From Kiritimatiellia bacterium (lineage in GTDB: Bacteria; Verrucomicrobiota; Kiritimatiellia; SLAD01), in contig SLKG01000006.1 of NCBI GenBank assembly GCA_007134735.1, positions 3,817-67,816 on the forward strand: a stretch of DNA of 64,000 nucleotides. Direction: 5' to 3'. Shown one piece after another: positions 19,350-28,919 of the stretch (position 1 is its first letter; each line of letters opens with the position of its first letter). A program made the translations under genes and the position numbers. Under the pieces are notes generated by a model. It searched no databases, was not told the origin of the DNA, and was given only the letters and a program-made list of their open reading frames with translations.

Positions 19350-21761
19350 ATGAAAAACAACCCCGAGAAGAAACGAATCGATCGCGTCGCGGAAAATCCG
19401 TGCCGTACGGCCAGAACCGTAAAGGAAGCCCTGTCCTCCCGGCCCGGAATTGTGCATGCGGAAGTGGATGCGGCGAAGGGTTCGGTGGTTTTCGATTATG
19501 ATTCCCGTCGGGTATCCGATCAGGATATCACCCGGATCGCCCGCGAAATCGCCCCCGTCCTGCACGAACATTTCGATACATGCCTGTTGCGGCTCCGGGG
19601 GCGCGCCTGCGAAGCCTGCGCCTTGAAACTGGAGCGGAAGGCGCGGAAGATCGAGGGCATTCACCGTGCCACGGCCACTTTTCTCGGCGGGGTCATGAGC
19701 GTGACGTTCGATCACGACCGCATCAACCGGGAACAGGTCGTTGAGAAAATCCGCGGCATCGGAGCGCCGGTTCAGCTGTACGAGACACCGGCGCCGGACA
19801 CCGGCCGGCCGGGCGGCGTTATCGCGCTCTTTCGCGGAATGTCCTGGCGTCACGCGGAGATTCTGTTTTCGGCCATTACGTTTGTGTTCATGATCCTGGG
19901 CTGGCTGAATGCCCGCTACACCCTGTGGCCCCTGCCCCCGAATGTGTTCTACCTGGTCGCCTATATCGCGGGCGGATATTTCGGCGTGTTGTCGAGTTAT
20001 CGCTCGCTTCGGCAATGGACCATCGACATCGACCTGCTCATGGTGCTCGCCGCGCTGGGCGCCGCGTATGTCGGTGCTCCTTTTGAAGGCGCCATGCTGC
20101 TCTTCCTGTTTTCGCTGTCGAATGTGCTCCAGGGGTTTGCCATTGACCGTACACGCAAGGCCATCACATCGCTGATGAAACTCCGGCCGCAGGAGGCCCT
20201 CGCCCGGCGCGACGGAAAAATCCGGCGGGTGCCCATCGAGGAACTCGAGGTCGGGGATCACATCATGATCCGACCCGGCGACAGCATCCCGCTGGACGGG
20301 AACATCGTGGAGGGCGAAAGTGAAATAGACCAATCTTCACTGACGGGCGAATCCATGCCGGTCGGCAAGCGTGTCGGGGATCAGGTCTTCGCCGCCACCA
20401 TTAACCAGACCGGTTCCCTGGAAGTGCGCGTGACCCGTCGCGCCCATGAATCCACGATCGCCAAACTCATCCGCATGGTGGAAGAAGCCCAGAGCGAAAA
20501 GGCTGAAACCCAGCGCTTCCTCGAACGGGCGGAGCAATATTACGCCCTGGCCGTCATTCTGTTCACGTTGGGACTGATTTTCGTCCCGTTAGGGCTGGGA
20601 ACAGGGGAATTTGAGCACATCTTTTACCGCGCCATGACGGTCATGGTGGTGGCTTCCCCCTGCGCCCTGATCATCAGTACGCCGGCGTCTATTTTGTCCG
20701 CGATCGGCGGAGCGGCGCGACGCGGAATCCTATTCAAGGGCGGCGCCCACCTGGAACAGCTGTCACGGGTCCGGCTGGTGGCGTTTGACAAGACCGGCAC
20801 GTTGACGACGGGACGGCCCCGGGTAACGGACGTTTGGTGCGTCGGCCGGCCCGCGCAACCGCGGGACCGCCTCGACCGTGAATCCGGCCGCCTGTTGGCG
20901 CTGGCGGCTTCCGTGGAATCACGTTCGGAGCATGTCGTGGCGCGCTCCATCGTGGAAGCCGCGCAAGACGGCCATGAAACGTGGCCGGAATGCCGTCAGT
21001 TCCATTCCGTACCGGGCCGGGGCGCCATCGGGCAGGTGGATCACCAGCGCATTGCCGTCGGGAACATGCGCTTTTTCGAGGATATCGAACTCGAGGACGG
21101 ACAGGAGGCGTTCGACACGGTACGGGCGTTTCATCGCGCCGGAAAAACCGCCGTACTGGTAGCGTCGATCGAGCATCACGAAGCGCGCGGCCGCGTACTG
21201 GGCGTTGTGGCGGTGTCCGATGAATTGCGGCCGGATGCGAGAGACGCGGTTCTTCGCTTGAAACAGCATAACCGGGTGGACGAAGTGGTCATGCTGACCG
21301 GGGACCACGAGGAAGTGGCGGCGGCCATGGCGAACGAATCGGGCGTGGATTCGTATTACGCGGATCTGTTGCCGGAGGACAAAGTCCAGGTCGTCAAGAA
21401 ACTCAGGGAGCGAAGCCCGACGGTCATGGTGGGCGACGGCGTGAACGATGCCCCCGCATTGGCCTCGGCATCCGTCGGCATGGCCATGGGCGCCGCGGGA
21501 ACGGACGTGGCCATGGAAACCGCCGATATCGTGCTGATGAGCAACGAACTCCACAACGTGCCGGCCGCACTCGCGTTAAGCCGGCGAACCCGGCGCATCA
21601 TCATTCAGAATCTCGTATTTGCCATGAGCGTTATTGTGTTTCTGATGATCGCCGCGCTGGGTTACGACCTGCCTCTCACGCTTGGGGTCATCGGTCACGA
21701 AGGCAGTACCGTGATTGTCTGCCTGAACGGCTTGCGGCTGTTGGCGAACCGGGATGGATGA
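19350..21761 (+). CDS. Heavy-metal translocating P1B-type ATPase, PIB-4-like (Co/Zn/Ni/Fe class)
   Basis: DKTGTLT, GDGVNDAPAL and TGES motifs. TM motif SPC (MVVASPCALIIS) rather than CPC. HEGSTVIVCLN in the last TM (PIB-4 signature). Two N-terminal HMA-like domains; the second carries CEAC. Confidence 0.88.
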   Translation: MKNNPEKKRIDRVAENPCRTARTVKEALSSRPGIVHAEVDAAKGSVVFDYDSRRVSDQDITRIAREIAPVLHEHFDTCLLRLRGRACEACALKLERKARKIEGIHRATATFLGGVMSVTFDHDRINREQVVEKIRGIGAPVQLYETPAPDTGRPGGVIALFRGMSWRHAEILFSAITFVFMILGWLNARYTLWPLPPNVFYLVAYIAGGYFGVLSSYRSLRQWTIDIDLLMVLAALGAAYVGAPFEGAMLLFLFSLSNVLQGFAIDRTRKAITSLMKLRPQEALARRDGKIRRVPIEELEVGDHIMIRPGDSIPLDGNIVEGESEIDQSSLTGESMPVGKRVGDQVFAATINQTGSLEVRVTRRAHESTIAKLIRMVEEAQSEKAETQRFLERAEQYYALAVILFTLGLIFVPLGLGTGEFEHIFYRAMTVMVVASPCALIISTPASILSAIGGAARRGILFKGGAHLEQLSRVRLVAFDKTGTLTTGRPRVTDVWCVGRPAQPRDRLDRESGRLLALAASVESRSEHVVARSIVEAAQDGHETWPECRQFHSVPGRGAIGQVDHQRIAVGNMRFFEDIELEDGQEAFDTVRAFHRAGKTAVLVASIEHHEARGRVLGVVAVSDELRPDARDAVLRLKQHNRVDEVVMLTGDHEEVAAAMANESGVDSYYADLLPEDKVQVVKKLRERSPTVMVGDGVNDAPALASASVGMAMGAAGTDVAMETADIVLMSNELHNVPAALALSRRTRRIIIQNLVFAMSVIVFLMIAALGYDLPLTLGVIGHEGSTVIVCLNGLRLLANRDG

Positions 21762-21955
21762 CATGCTACGCCCTTGATCAATACGGATTCCCCTTCATAC
21801 GCCATCGCGCGCAAGCGCGCTTCCTACAGGCCGAAGAGGCCGTTTCATGGCGCTCTTGGGGTCAAGGGGACGAAAGAGATAAGCGTGTATGTGAAAAAGC
21901 ACGGAAGGTTTTCAACCGGGCACATTCCGTTGGCCCGGCCCGCGAGGCCGCGGGC

Positions 21956-23218
21956 CTAAAACGGTGTCAGAGCCTGTACCCGTTCCATCAGGCCCGGCAT
22001 GTCCAGTTCTTCCTGTTCGCCGGTGGCCATGTCCTTCAGGACAAAGGTGCCGCGTTCCATTTCCTGTTCGCCGCGAATTATCACATGGGCGGCGGATTGA
22101 CGGTTGGCCGTTCGCATCTGGGCCTTGAGACTGCGTCCCTGGAGGTCCATCCCGCAACACAGTCCCCGCATTCTCAAGGATTGCATCAGCACCAGGTTCT
22201 CCTCAAACGCGGCCGTTCCCGCGGAAATCAGCCAGATTTTGGGGCGCTTCGATATCAGCTTCCGATCCGCTTTCTGTTCCCGGAGCGCGACCATCACCCG
22301 TTCGAGCCCCATGGCAAACCCGACACCCTCCACTTCCTTTTCCCCGATGGGAATCACATAGCGCCCCCCACCGGAAATCGCGTCCTGGGCCCCGAGCGCC
22401 GTGCCGGTGATCTCCCATACGGTATGCACGTAGTAATCCAACCCGCGCACCAGTCGCGGTTGCTCCTCCACCGGAATATCCAGGCGTTTCAACAGGCGCA
22501 GAACTTCTTGGAAATAATCGCGCGCTTCCGAACTCATGAAGTGTGTGATCGGCGGCAGACGGTCCACCTCCCGGCCGCAGGATTCGTTCTTGCAATCCAG
22601 GATGCGAAGCGGGTTGGTTTCGTACCGGCGCCGGCAATCCTCGCACAAGGCCGACACGGAGGGGGACAACGCATCGCGAAGCGCCGCGCCGACCGACCGG
22701 CGATCTTCGGGAAGGCCGCGCGTGTTGATCCGGATGCGGTAATCCTTCAAGCCCCACTCATCCAGGAGATGCTTCTGCAAGACGATGCACTCGGCATCCG
22801 CCGCCGCGTTCGGGGGGCCGAGGATTTCCGCACCCAATTGATGAAACTGTCTTTTCCGTCCGGCCTGGGGCCGTTCGGCGCGGAACATCGGCCCGAGGTA
22901 ATAGAGCCGGGATTCCAGGGCCTCGGGCCCCTGGCCCGCCACATGACGCATCACACCGGCCGTGGCTTCGGGACGCAGGGTCACGGAGCGCCCGCCGCGA
23001 TCCTCAAAGGTGTACATTTCCTTTTGTACAATATCGGTGGTATCTCCGATGGAACGGGCAAATACGGAGGTGCGCTCAAGAACAGGCGTGCGGATTTCGG
23101 TGAAGGCATAGCGATCCAGCAATTCGCGGGACCGGGCTTCCAGGGCCTGCCACAAATCGATCTCCGGCGCGATCAGATCGGACATGCCCTGCAACGGCTG
23201 ATATTGATCTGTAGCCAT
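21956..23218 (-). CDS. hisS: Histidine--tRNA ligase
   Basis: N-terminus YQPLQGMSDLIAPEIDLWQ matches the HisS start; class II core motifs; C-terminal anticodon-binding domain. Confidence 0.9.
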   Translation of the reverse strand: MATDQYQPLQGMSDLIAPEIDLWQALEARSRELLDRYAFTEIRTPVLERTSVFARSIGDTTDIVQKEMYTFEDRGGRSVTLRPEATAGVMRHVAGQGPEALESRLYYLGPMFRAERPQAGRKRQFHQLGAEILGPPNAAADAECIVLQKHLLDEWGLKDYRIRINTRGLPEDRRSVGAALRDALSPSVSALCEDCRRRYETNPLRILDCKNESCGREVDRLPPITHFMSSEARDYFQEVLRLLKRLDIPVEEQPRLVRGLDYYVHTVWEITGTALGAQDAISGGGRYVIPIGEKEVEGVGFAMGLERVMVALREQKADRKLISKRPKIWLISAGTAAFEENLVLMQSLRMRGLCCGMDLQGRSLKAQMRTANRQSAAHVIIRGEQEMERGTFVLKDMATGEQEELDMPGLMERVQALTPF

Positions 23219-23242
23219 GAGAGGGAGCGGTAATGAACAATC

Positions 23243-23521
23243 TTATTCAGAAACAAGGTGTTTCATAACCTTGCCGGGCTTGAATTTTACAATCTTGCAG
23301 GAGGGGATGGTCACCACTTGTTCCGGACGGTTGGGATTGCGCCCGATACGCTGTTTCCGCTCTTTAACCTGAAACACTCCGAAATTTCTCAGCTCGACAT
23401 TTTCTCCCCGGGCCAGGCTCTCCATAATCATATCCAGCGATTGCTGAATGACCGCATAGACCTCCTGCTGGGTCAAACCCGTTTCATTCGCAATGCGTAT
23501 CACCATGTCTCTTTTCGTCAT
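23243..23521 (-). CDS. HU/IHF-family DNA-binding protein
   Basis: 92 aa; HU signature ...RNFGVFQVKERKQRIGRNPNRPEQVVTIPSCKIVKFKPGK. Confidence 0.85.
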   Translation of the reverse strand: MTKRDMVIRIANETGLTQQEVYAVIQQSLDMIMESLARGENVELRNFGVFQVKERKQRIGRNPNRPEQVVTIPSCKIVKFKPGKVMKHLVSE

Positions 23522-23798
23522 CGTGCCACCTCACAAATCATGCTGCTTACAAAGCCGGAAATTCAATCCTTCCCTTCCACCGGCACGGCTCCGAAACCCG
23601 ACAAGACCCCGACATCCCGATGCCTACCGTGATGCCGATCATCTTAAGCCGTCGCGGATTATGGTCAAGGGCAAACCATGGATAAATCAGGCGCGCGCAC
23701 CTCGTGAAAAAGCCCGCGGCGCATACCCTGCGTGAATACCGCTTGGGTTCGGGCCGGAACGCCCCCATGATGGACAACGGCGGGCCTGCGAAGCGGCG

Positions 23799-24833
23799 TC
23801 ACACAACCCTTGCGGAGATCATTTGCTTCCCGGCCGCACGGATATACGGCTCGAGCTGTTCGACCAACTCCCCGAAGACATCGGGGCGGAATTGCTGCGA
23901 GCCGTCGCTGAGCGCCTCCTCCGGCTTGATATGAACCTCCACCATGATCCCATCCGCACCCGCCGCGATCGCCGCCTTTGAAAGCGCATGGATGATATCC
24001 AATCGGCCGGCGGCATGGCTGGGATCCACAAAGACCGGAAGACAGGTTTCCTGTTTGGCGATGGCCACCGCGCTGATATCGAGCGTATTGCGCGTCTCCG
24101 TTTCAAAGGTCCGGATACCGCGCTCGCAGAGGATGATATTCCGGTTTCCCTTTTTGACCATGTACTCCGCCGCCAATAACCATTCGTTAATGGTCGCGGC
24201 CAAACCGCGCTTTAATAAAATGGGTTTCCCGGTATCCGCAACCGCCTCCAACAGGGCGTAATTCATGGCATTGCGAGCGCCGATCTGCAACACGTCCGCG
24301 ACGGAAGCCACCGCTTCAATGTCCGACTCCCGCAACACTTCCGTGATCACGGGCACATGAAGTTCCTCCCGTGTCCGGGCCAGTATAGGTAGCCCCTCAA
24401 CGCCCAGCCCTTGGAAGGAATACGGCGATGTGCGCGGTTTAAACGCACCGCCGCGAATGATCGTCGCCCCCGCCCGCACCACGCGGCGCGCGGTTTCCAG
24501 CATCTGCACGTCGCTTTCCACGGAGCACGGACCGGCGACAATATGAAACGCACCGCCGCCTATTTCCATATCGCCCACGCGGATGATGGTGGGATCCGGG
24601 TGAGTCTCGCGGCTGATCAGCGTGTACTTCTTCTGGACGGGCATCACCGTCTCCACCACGTCCAGCGTCGCCAGCGATTCCAGGCTCGTCTTGACCGACT
24701 CGTCTCCCACGGCGGCCACAACGGTCCTCACCTCACCGCGAATCGTATGCGGCTCGTATCCCAACTCTCGAACTTTTTGCTCCACCATCGCGATGTCTTC
24801 ATCGCGACTGTGCGCATTCATGACAATGATCAT
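23799..24833 (-). CDS. 3-deoxy-7-phosphoheptulonate (DAHP) synthase, type I-beta, with N-terminal ferredoxin-like regulatory domain
   Basis: C-terminal KDO8PS/DAHPS I-beta core (HIVAGPCSVES..., LKRGLAATINEWL, FVDPSHAAGR) preceded by a roughly 90-aa ACT/FL-like domain. Confidence 0.8.
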   Translation of the reverse strand: MIIVMNAHSRDEDIAMVEQKVRELGYEPHTIRGEVRTVVAAVGDESVKTSLESLATLDVVETVMPVQKKYTLISRETHPDPTIIRVGDMEIGGGAFHIVAGPCSVESDVQMLETARRVVRAGATIIRGGAFKPRTSPYSFQGLGVEGLPILARTREELHVPVITEVLRESDIEAVASVADVLQIGARNAMNYALLEAVADTGKPILLKRGLAATINEWLLAAEYMVKKGNRNIILCERGIRTFETETRNTLDISAVAIAKQETCLPVFVDPSHAAGRLDIIHALSKAAIAAGADGIMVEVHIKPEEALSDGSQQFRPDVFGELVEQLEPYIRAAGKQMISARVV

Positions 24834-25085
24834 TTACTTCACCACTTTGTGAATATACGCAAGCACCACGGCGGCGATGGAGAGCAGAACACCGGTAACC
24901 CGGTTGTAGGTATAGAATTCACGAAGACCGAAGTCATACCAGGTTTCCGGAACATCCGGATATCGTTCCACCCAGGAAGCGCGCGGAAACCATCCATCCC
25001 ATATATGCCAGATCGCCAACACGGCAAGAATTATGGCCCATATAAGAAAAGTCTTGGTTCCTTCGACATGAAATTTTCTGGCCAT
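24834..25085 (-). CDS. Small two-TM membrane protein of unknown function
   Basis: 83 aa; two hydrophobic helices (FLIWAIILAVLAIWHIW; VLLSIAAVVLAYI). Directly abuts the DAHP synthase start; good codon usage. Confidence 0.45.
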   Translation of the reverse strand: MARKFHVEGTKTFLIWAIILAVLAIWHIWDGWFPRASWVERYPDVPETWYDFGLREFYTYNRVTGVLLSIAAVVLAYIHKVVK

Positions 25086-25175
25086 ATCAGGTATTTACTC
25101 CCGGTTTGTGCATCTCATTAATCGCTATACCTTAATGGTACATCATGATTAATCAAGCGGGTTATCCGTCGGCGG

Positions 25176-26930
25176 TCACGCCGACGCGTTCAGTTCCTCA
25201 TAGAGCTGTCGGATGGCGCCCTGTATTTCCGCAACCGCTTGATCCAAGGGTACTTCCTTCGCTTTATCGGACTGGCCGCGGATCTTGAGTTCCACGGCGC
25301 CCTTGGCCAGGGATCGCTCTCCGATGCCCACCCGGATCGGCACGCCGACCAGGTCTGCGTCCTTGAATTTCACACCCGGACGTTCGTCCCGGTCGTCCAT
25401 CAGCACCTCGACCCCCTGCTTTTCCAACGTTTCCGTTATCTGTTCGGCCACCCGCCGTGTTTCCGCGTCCTGCGCATTGATCATCAATACCTCCACCGCA
25501 TACGGGGCAATGGATATCGGCCAGATGATCCCGTCCTTATCGTGGCGTTGCTCGATCACCGCCTGAAGCGTTCGCGACACCCCGATTCCGTAGCAACCCA
25601 TCACGGCCGGTTGCTGTTTGCCTTCGGGATCCAGGTACAAGGCGCCGAGTTGTTCACTGTACTTCGTGCCCAACTTGAATACATGGCCGACCTCGATGCC
25701 CCGTTTTTCGACCAGGGTGCCGTCGCACCGGGGACAGCCATCTCCGTTGCGCGCATACGTCAGGTCATGGAATTCAGAGATCCGGACATCGCGCTCCAGG
25801 TCCACATGAACGATATGCCGATCCGCCTGGTTGGCGCCCGTAATGGCGCCGCGATACCCGCGCAGCTTCTTGTCCGCGTACAACGGCAGGTCCAGGCCGA
25901 CCGGCCCGGCAAACCCGACCGGCGCCCCCGTTGCCTCTTCAATGGTCGCGTCATCGGCCAATTCCAATTTCCGGCATCCCAGTGCGCGGGCCACTTTCAA
26001 TTCGTTGACGTCCCGATCGCCGGGCACAAGGACCGCGACGGGTTTTTCGTCCGCCCGGTAAATCAGGGTTTTGATCAGGCGGGCCGGCGGCGACTTCAGA
26101 AATCCGGACACCTCCTCAATCGTGCGCATGTTCGGCGTATCCACCAATTCGTTTTCCCGGTCGGCATCTTCAAACACCGTTTCTCCGCGCGTCACGCCTT
26201 CCGCCCGCTCCAGGTTGGCGGCGTAGCCGCATGGACCGCATTCCACCAGCCCGTCTTCACCCGATTCGGCCAGCACCATGAATTCGTGCGAGGACTTTCC
26301 GCCCATGGCGCCGGTATCCGCTTCCACCACCCGGGTCCGCAAACCGCACCGGGCGAATATCCTTTGATACGCCTCGTACATGGCCTGGTAGCTCTTTTCC
26401 GCCGCATCCCAGTCCACATCGAAGCTGTAGGCGTCCTTCATGATGAATTCCTTGGCGCGCATGAGGCCGAATCGCGGGCGGATTTCATCGCGAAACTTCG
26501 TCTGAATCTGGTAGAAATTGCGGGGAAGTTGACGGTAGGAATTGATCTCCCGGGACACCAGGTCGGTGATGATCTCCTCATGTGTCGGCCCCAGAACCAG
26601 GTGGCGTCCCTGGCGATCCTCGATCTTGAACATCACCTCGCTCAACACGTCGTAGCGGCCTGTCCGATCCCAGATCTCCCGGGGATGCAGGGCCGGCATC
26701 AGCACCTCCAGGGCCCCGGCGCGATCCATTTCCTGGCGTACAATGGCTTCCACTTTCTTCAATGCCCTGAAACCCAACGGAAGAAATGTGTACAGACCGG
26801 CGCCCAGACGACGGATCATGCCCGCCCTCAACATCAGTTGATGGCTCGCAATCTCCGCCTCCAACGGCACTTCCCGCAATGTGGGAATTAATTGCTTTGT
26901 CCAGCGCAAGAGAACTCCTTTCCGGCCCAT
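25176..26930 (-). CDS. proS: Proline--tRNA ligase (bacterial type with editing domain)
   Basis: 584 aa; conserved N-terminus (WTKQLIPTLREVPLEAEIASHQLMLRAGMIRRLGAGLYTFLPLG) and class II motifs. Confidence 0.9.
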   Translation of the reverse strand: MGRKGVLLRWTKQLIPTLREVPLEAEIASHQLMLRAGMIRRLGAGLYTFLPLGFRALKKVEAIVRQEMDRAGALEVLMPALHPREIWDRTGRYDVLSEVMFKIEDRQGRHLVLGPTHEEIITDLVSREINSYRQLPRNFYQIQTKFRDEIRPRFGLMRAKEFIMKDAYSFDVDWDAAEKSYQAMYEAYQRIFARCGLRTRVVEADTGAMGGKSSHEFMVLAESGEDGLVECGPCGYAANLERAEGVTRGETVFEDADRENELVDTPNMRTIEEVSGFLKSPPARLIKTLIYRADEKPVAVLVPGDRDVNELKVARALGCRKLELADDATIEEATGAPVGFAGPVGLDLPLYADKKLRGYRGAITGANQADRHIVHVDLERDVRISEFHDLTYARNGDGCPRCDGTLVEKRGIEVGHVFKLGTKYSEQLGALYLDPEGKQQPAVMGCYGIGVSRTLQAVIEQRHDKDGIIWPISIAPYAVEVLMINAQDAETRRVAEQITETLEKQGVEVLMDDRDERPGVKFKDADLVGVPIRVGIGERSLAKGAVELKIRGQSDKAKEVPLDQAVAEIQGAIRQLYEELNASA

Positions 26931-27082
26931 GACTCCCCTTCAGAGACGTTGGTCCCTTTTCAGGCGGCCTACCGTAGTATATGCGCCCATGGGACACAAG
27001 TGCGGAGATGTCTAGACTTTGCCCGACAGGATGGATACGCTCATGGATCGAATACTGAAACTTCCATATTTTTCGGGGAGCC

Positions 27083-27502
27083 TTGCCTATGAAAACCATT
27101 TATTTATGCGGACCGATCATGGATGAACATGAGGGAAAGGCGCGCGCGTGGCGCGAAGCGGCCAAAAAGGAATTGGGCCGCGATTACCGGGTCCTGGATC
27201 CCATGCGACGCAACTTCAAGGATCGCGAAGTGGACAGCGCCAACGAAATCGTCGAATTCGACCTGCAGGATGTGCGCGAAGCCGATATCATCCTGGTCAA
27301 TTACAGCAAATCGTCGGTCGGCACGTCCATGGAAGTCTTCTATGCCTCCCACGAACTACGGAAATTTGTGGTCGCCTTTTCCCCCTACTCCTTCCAGGAT
27401 TGCAGTCCGTGGATGGTGCGTTTCTGCACCAAGATCCTGCCTTCGCTGGAACATGCCATGGCCTATATCAAGGAACACTTTCCGGGGACCAATGTGAAGT
27501 AG
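27083..27502 (+). CDS. Nucleoside 2-deoxyribosyltransferase-like Rossmann-fold protein
   Basis: 139 aa; N-terminal IYLCGPI motif resembling the YLAGP motif of the NDT-like family, with conserved acidic residues later. Confidence 0.5.
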   Translation: MPMKTIYLCGPIMDEHEGKARAWREAAKKELGRDYRVLDPMRRNFKDREVDSANEIVEFDLQDVREADIILVNYSKSSVGTSMEVFYASHELRKFVVAFSPYSFQDCSPWMVRFCTKILPSLEHAMAYIKEHFPGTNVK

Positions 27503-27545
27503 AACGCCATGGCATAGGGCATATATCTTCACTCGCAATCCCCTC

Positions 27546-27670
27546 GCGTCGCACGGGCAACCCACCCCGGCCATGCACATCGCTGTTTCGTATCCTGTCT
27601 CTTTTTCGGATTACGAGAACGGCGACGATTACGGATAACGAGGAAGAGTATCGTCCACCGTAAGCGTCGC
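27546..27670. repeat. Copy 1 of a 125-nt duplicated intergenic element (candidate structured RNA)
   Basis: gcgtcgcAcgggcaacccacc...agtatcgTccaccgtaagcgtcgc; 123/125 identical to copy 2. Internal complementary segments (gcgacgattacgg / ccgtaagcgtcgc). Confidence 0.6.
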
Positions 27671-27780
27671 GCGTCATCGTGTACCGAAGTGCCGGGATGG
27701 AACAAGGATCGAAACAGAACCCGCACGAAGTTCTCCCCTCCTGGGAGGGGACAAAGGGGTGGGTGGATGCCGGCTTATGC

Positions 27781-27905
27781 GCGTCGCGCGGGCAACCCAC
27801 CCCGGCCATGCACATCGCTGTTTCGTATCCTGTCTCTTTTTCGGATTACGAGAACGGCGACGATTACGGATAACGAGGAAGAGTATCGCCCACCGTAAGC
27901 GTCGC
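27781..27905. repeat. Copy 2 of the 125-nt duplicated element (direct repeat, 235-bp period)
   Basis: Same sequence as 27546-27670 with two substitutions. The roughly 27 bp after each copy are weakly similar and end in gtgccggga. Confidence 0.6.
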
Positions 27906-27908
27906 CCG

Positions 27909-28754
27909 CTATCGTCCACCGATGTGCCGGGAGGATTTGGTCATAACATACGCCTTCAACCGCTCCAGCTCCCTCGGGTTCAAGGGGCGGCAGGCGCCGG
28001 ATTCCAGGCGTCCCAGGTTCAGCGGCCCCAGGGCGACACGTTGCAGGCGGCGCACCTGTATTCCCAGCGCTTCAAACATCCTCCGGATGTGCCGGTTCCG
28101 GCCTTCACCCAATACCACCTCATACGCCGCACCGCGCGCGGCCGTCTTCATGCGACGGATTTTGAGCGCGCGCAGGGTCTCGTCCCGGGACCGAATCCCG
28201 TCCAACACGCGCTGCGCTTCATCCCGGGTCAGGACACGGTCCGTAATTACGCGATAGGTTTTGCGAATGCCGTGACGCGGATGGGACAGGCGCTGGGCCA
28301 GCGGACCGTCGTTGGTCACCAGGATCAGCCCTTCGCTGTCCCGGTCCAGGCGGCCCACCGTAAATACACGAGCGGGCAATTTGGGAAGAAGCGCCTTGAA
28401 CGTGGGGCGGCCACCCGGATCGTGTGACGTGCACAATATACCCGCCGGTTTATTCAACAGGAGGTAAACACGCGGCTGTGACTGAACCCGCCGGCCGCGC
28501 ACGGTCACCGTTTGACGGGCCGGATCAATCGTGGTTCCGGGCGGTGTAACGGGCTTCCCGTCCACGGCCACAACGCCCTTTGCGATCAAGGCTTCACAGG
28601 CGCGACGAGAACCCAGGCCGCCGTCGGCCAGAACTTTCTGGAGGCGAACCTTACTCGGAGGGCTTGGTTTTGGGGAGTCCAATCGCGCGGTCCCCTTCTT
28701 TCCACTTCTTGCGGCTCCGAAGAATATCGATGCGCTCATACCGTTTAAGCACAT
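27909..28754 (-). CDS. rluB: rRNA pseudouridine synthase, RsuA/RluB family (S4 domain plus catalytic domain)
   Basis: S4 domain (VRLQKVLADGGLGSRRACEALIAKGVVAVDGKPV) and catalytic motif GRLDRDSEGLILVTNDG. Confidence 0.8.
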   Translation of the reverse strand: MCLNGMSASIFFGAARSGKKGTARLDSPKPSPPSKVRLQKVLADGGLGSRRACEALIAKGVVAVDGKPVTPPGTTIDPARQTVTVRGRRVQSQPRVYLLLNKPAGILCTSHDPGGRPTFKALLPKLPARVFTVGRLDRDSEGLILVTNDGPLAQRLSHPRHGIRKTYRVITDRVLTRDEAQRVLDGIRSRDETLRALKIRRMKTAARGAAYEVVLGEGRNRHIRRMFEALGIQVRRLQRVALGPLNLGRLESGACRPLNPRELERLKAYVMTKSSRHIGGR

Positions 28755-28919
28755 TCCGCTTGGTCGTAATCTTGTTGGCCGCCTTCAAACTGCGATGCAT
28801 ACTCATAATTCTTCCGCTCCTCTTCCATCCATTTCGTAGGAAAGCGCTTATCCATACCATAAATTCGGAATCTGTCAAATCCCCCTTCCCGCCCTTCGCG
28901 CGAAGGCTCTCTTCCGGCC

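Noticed and set aside
19221-20333. 370-aa minus-strand ORF
   Set aside because: Antisense to the P-type ATPase; also overlaps the palindromic operator region.
21758-23233. 491-aa plus-strand ORF
   Set aside because: Antisense to hisS; His/Arg/Gly-rich low-complexity.
25239-26891. 550-aa plus-strand ORF
   Set aside because: Antisense to proS.
27148-27898. ORFs 27148-27663 (171 aa) and 27689-27898 (69 aa) ending in the identical peptide ...AGNPPRPCTSLFRILSLFRITRTATITDNEEEYRPP
   Set aside because: The shared peptide is an artefact of the 125-nt tandem DNA repeat. The first ORF is also out of frame and overlapping the NDT-like gene. Treated as non-coding repeat.
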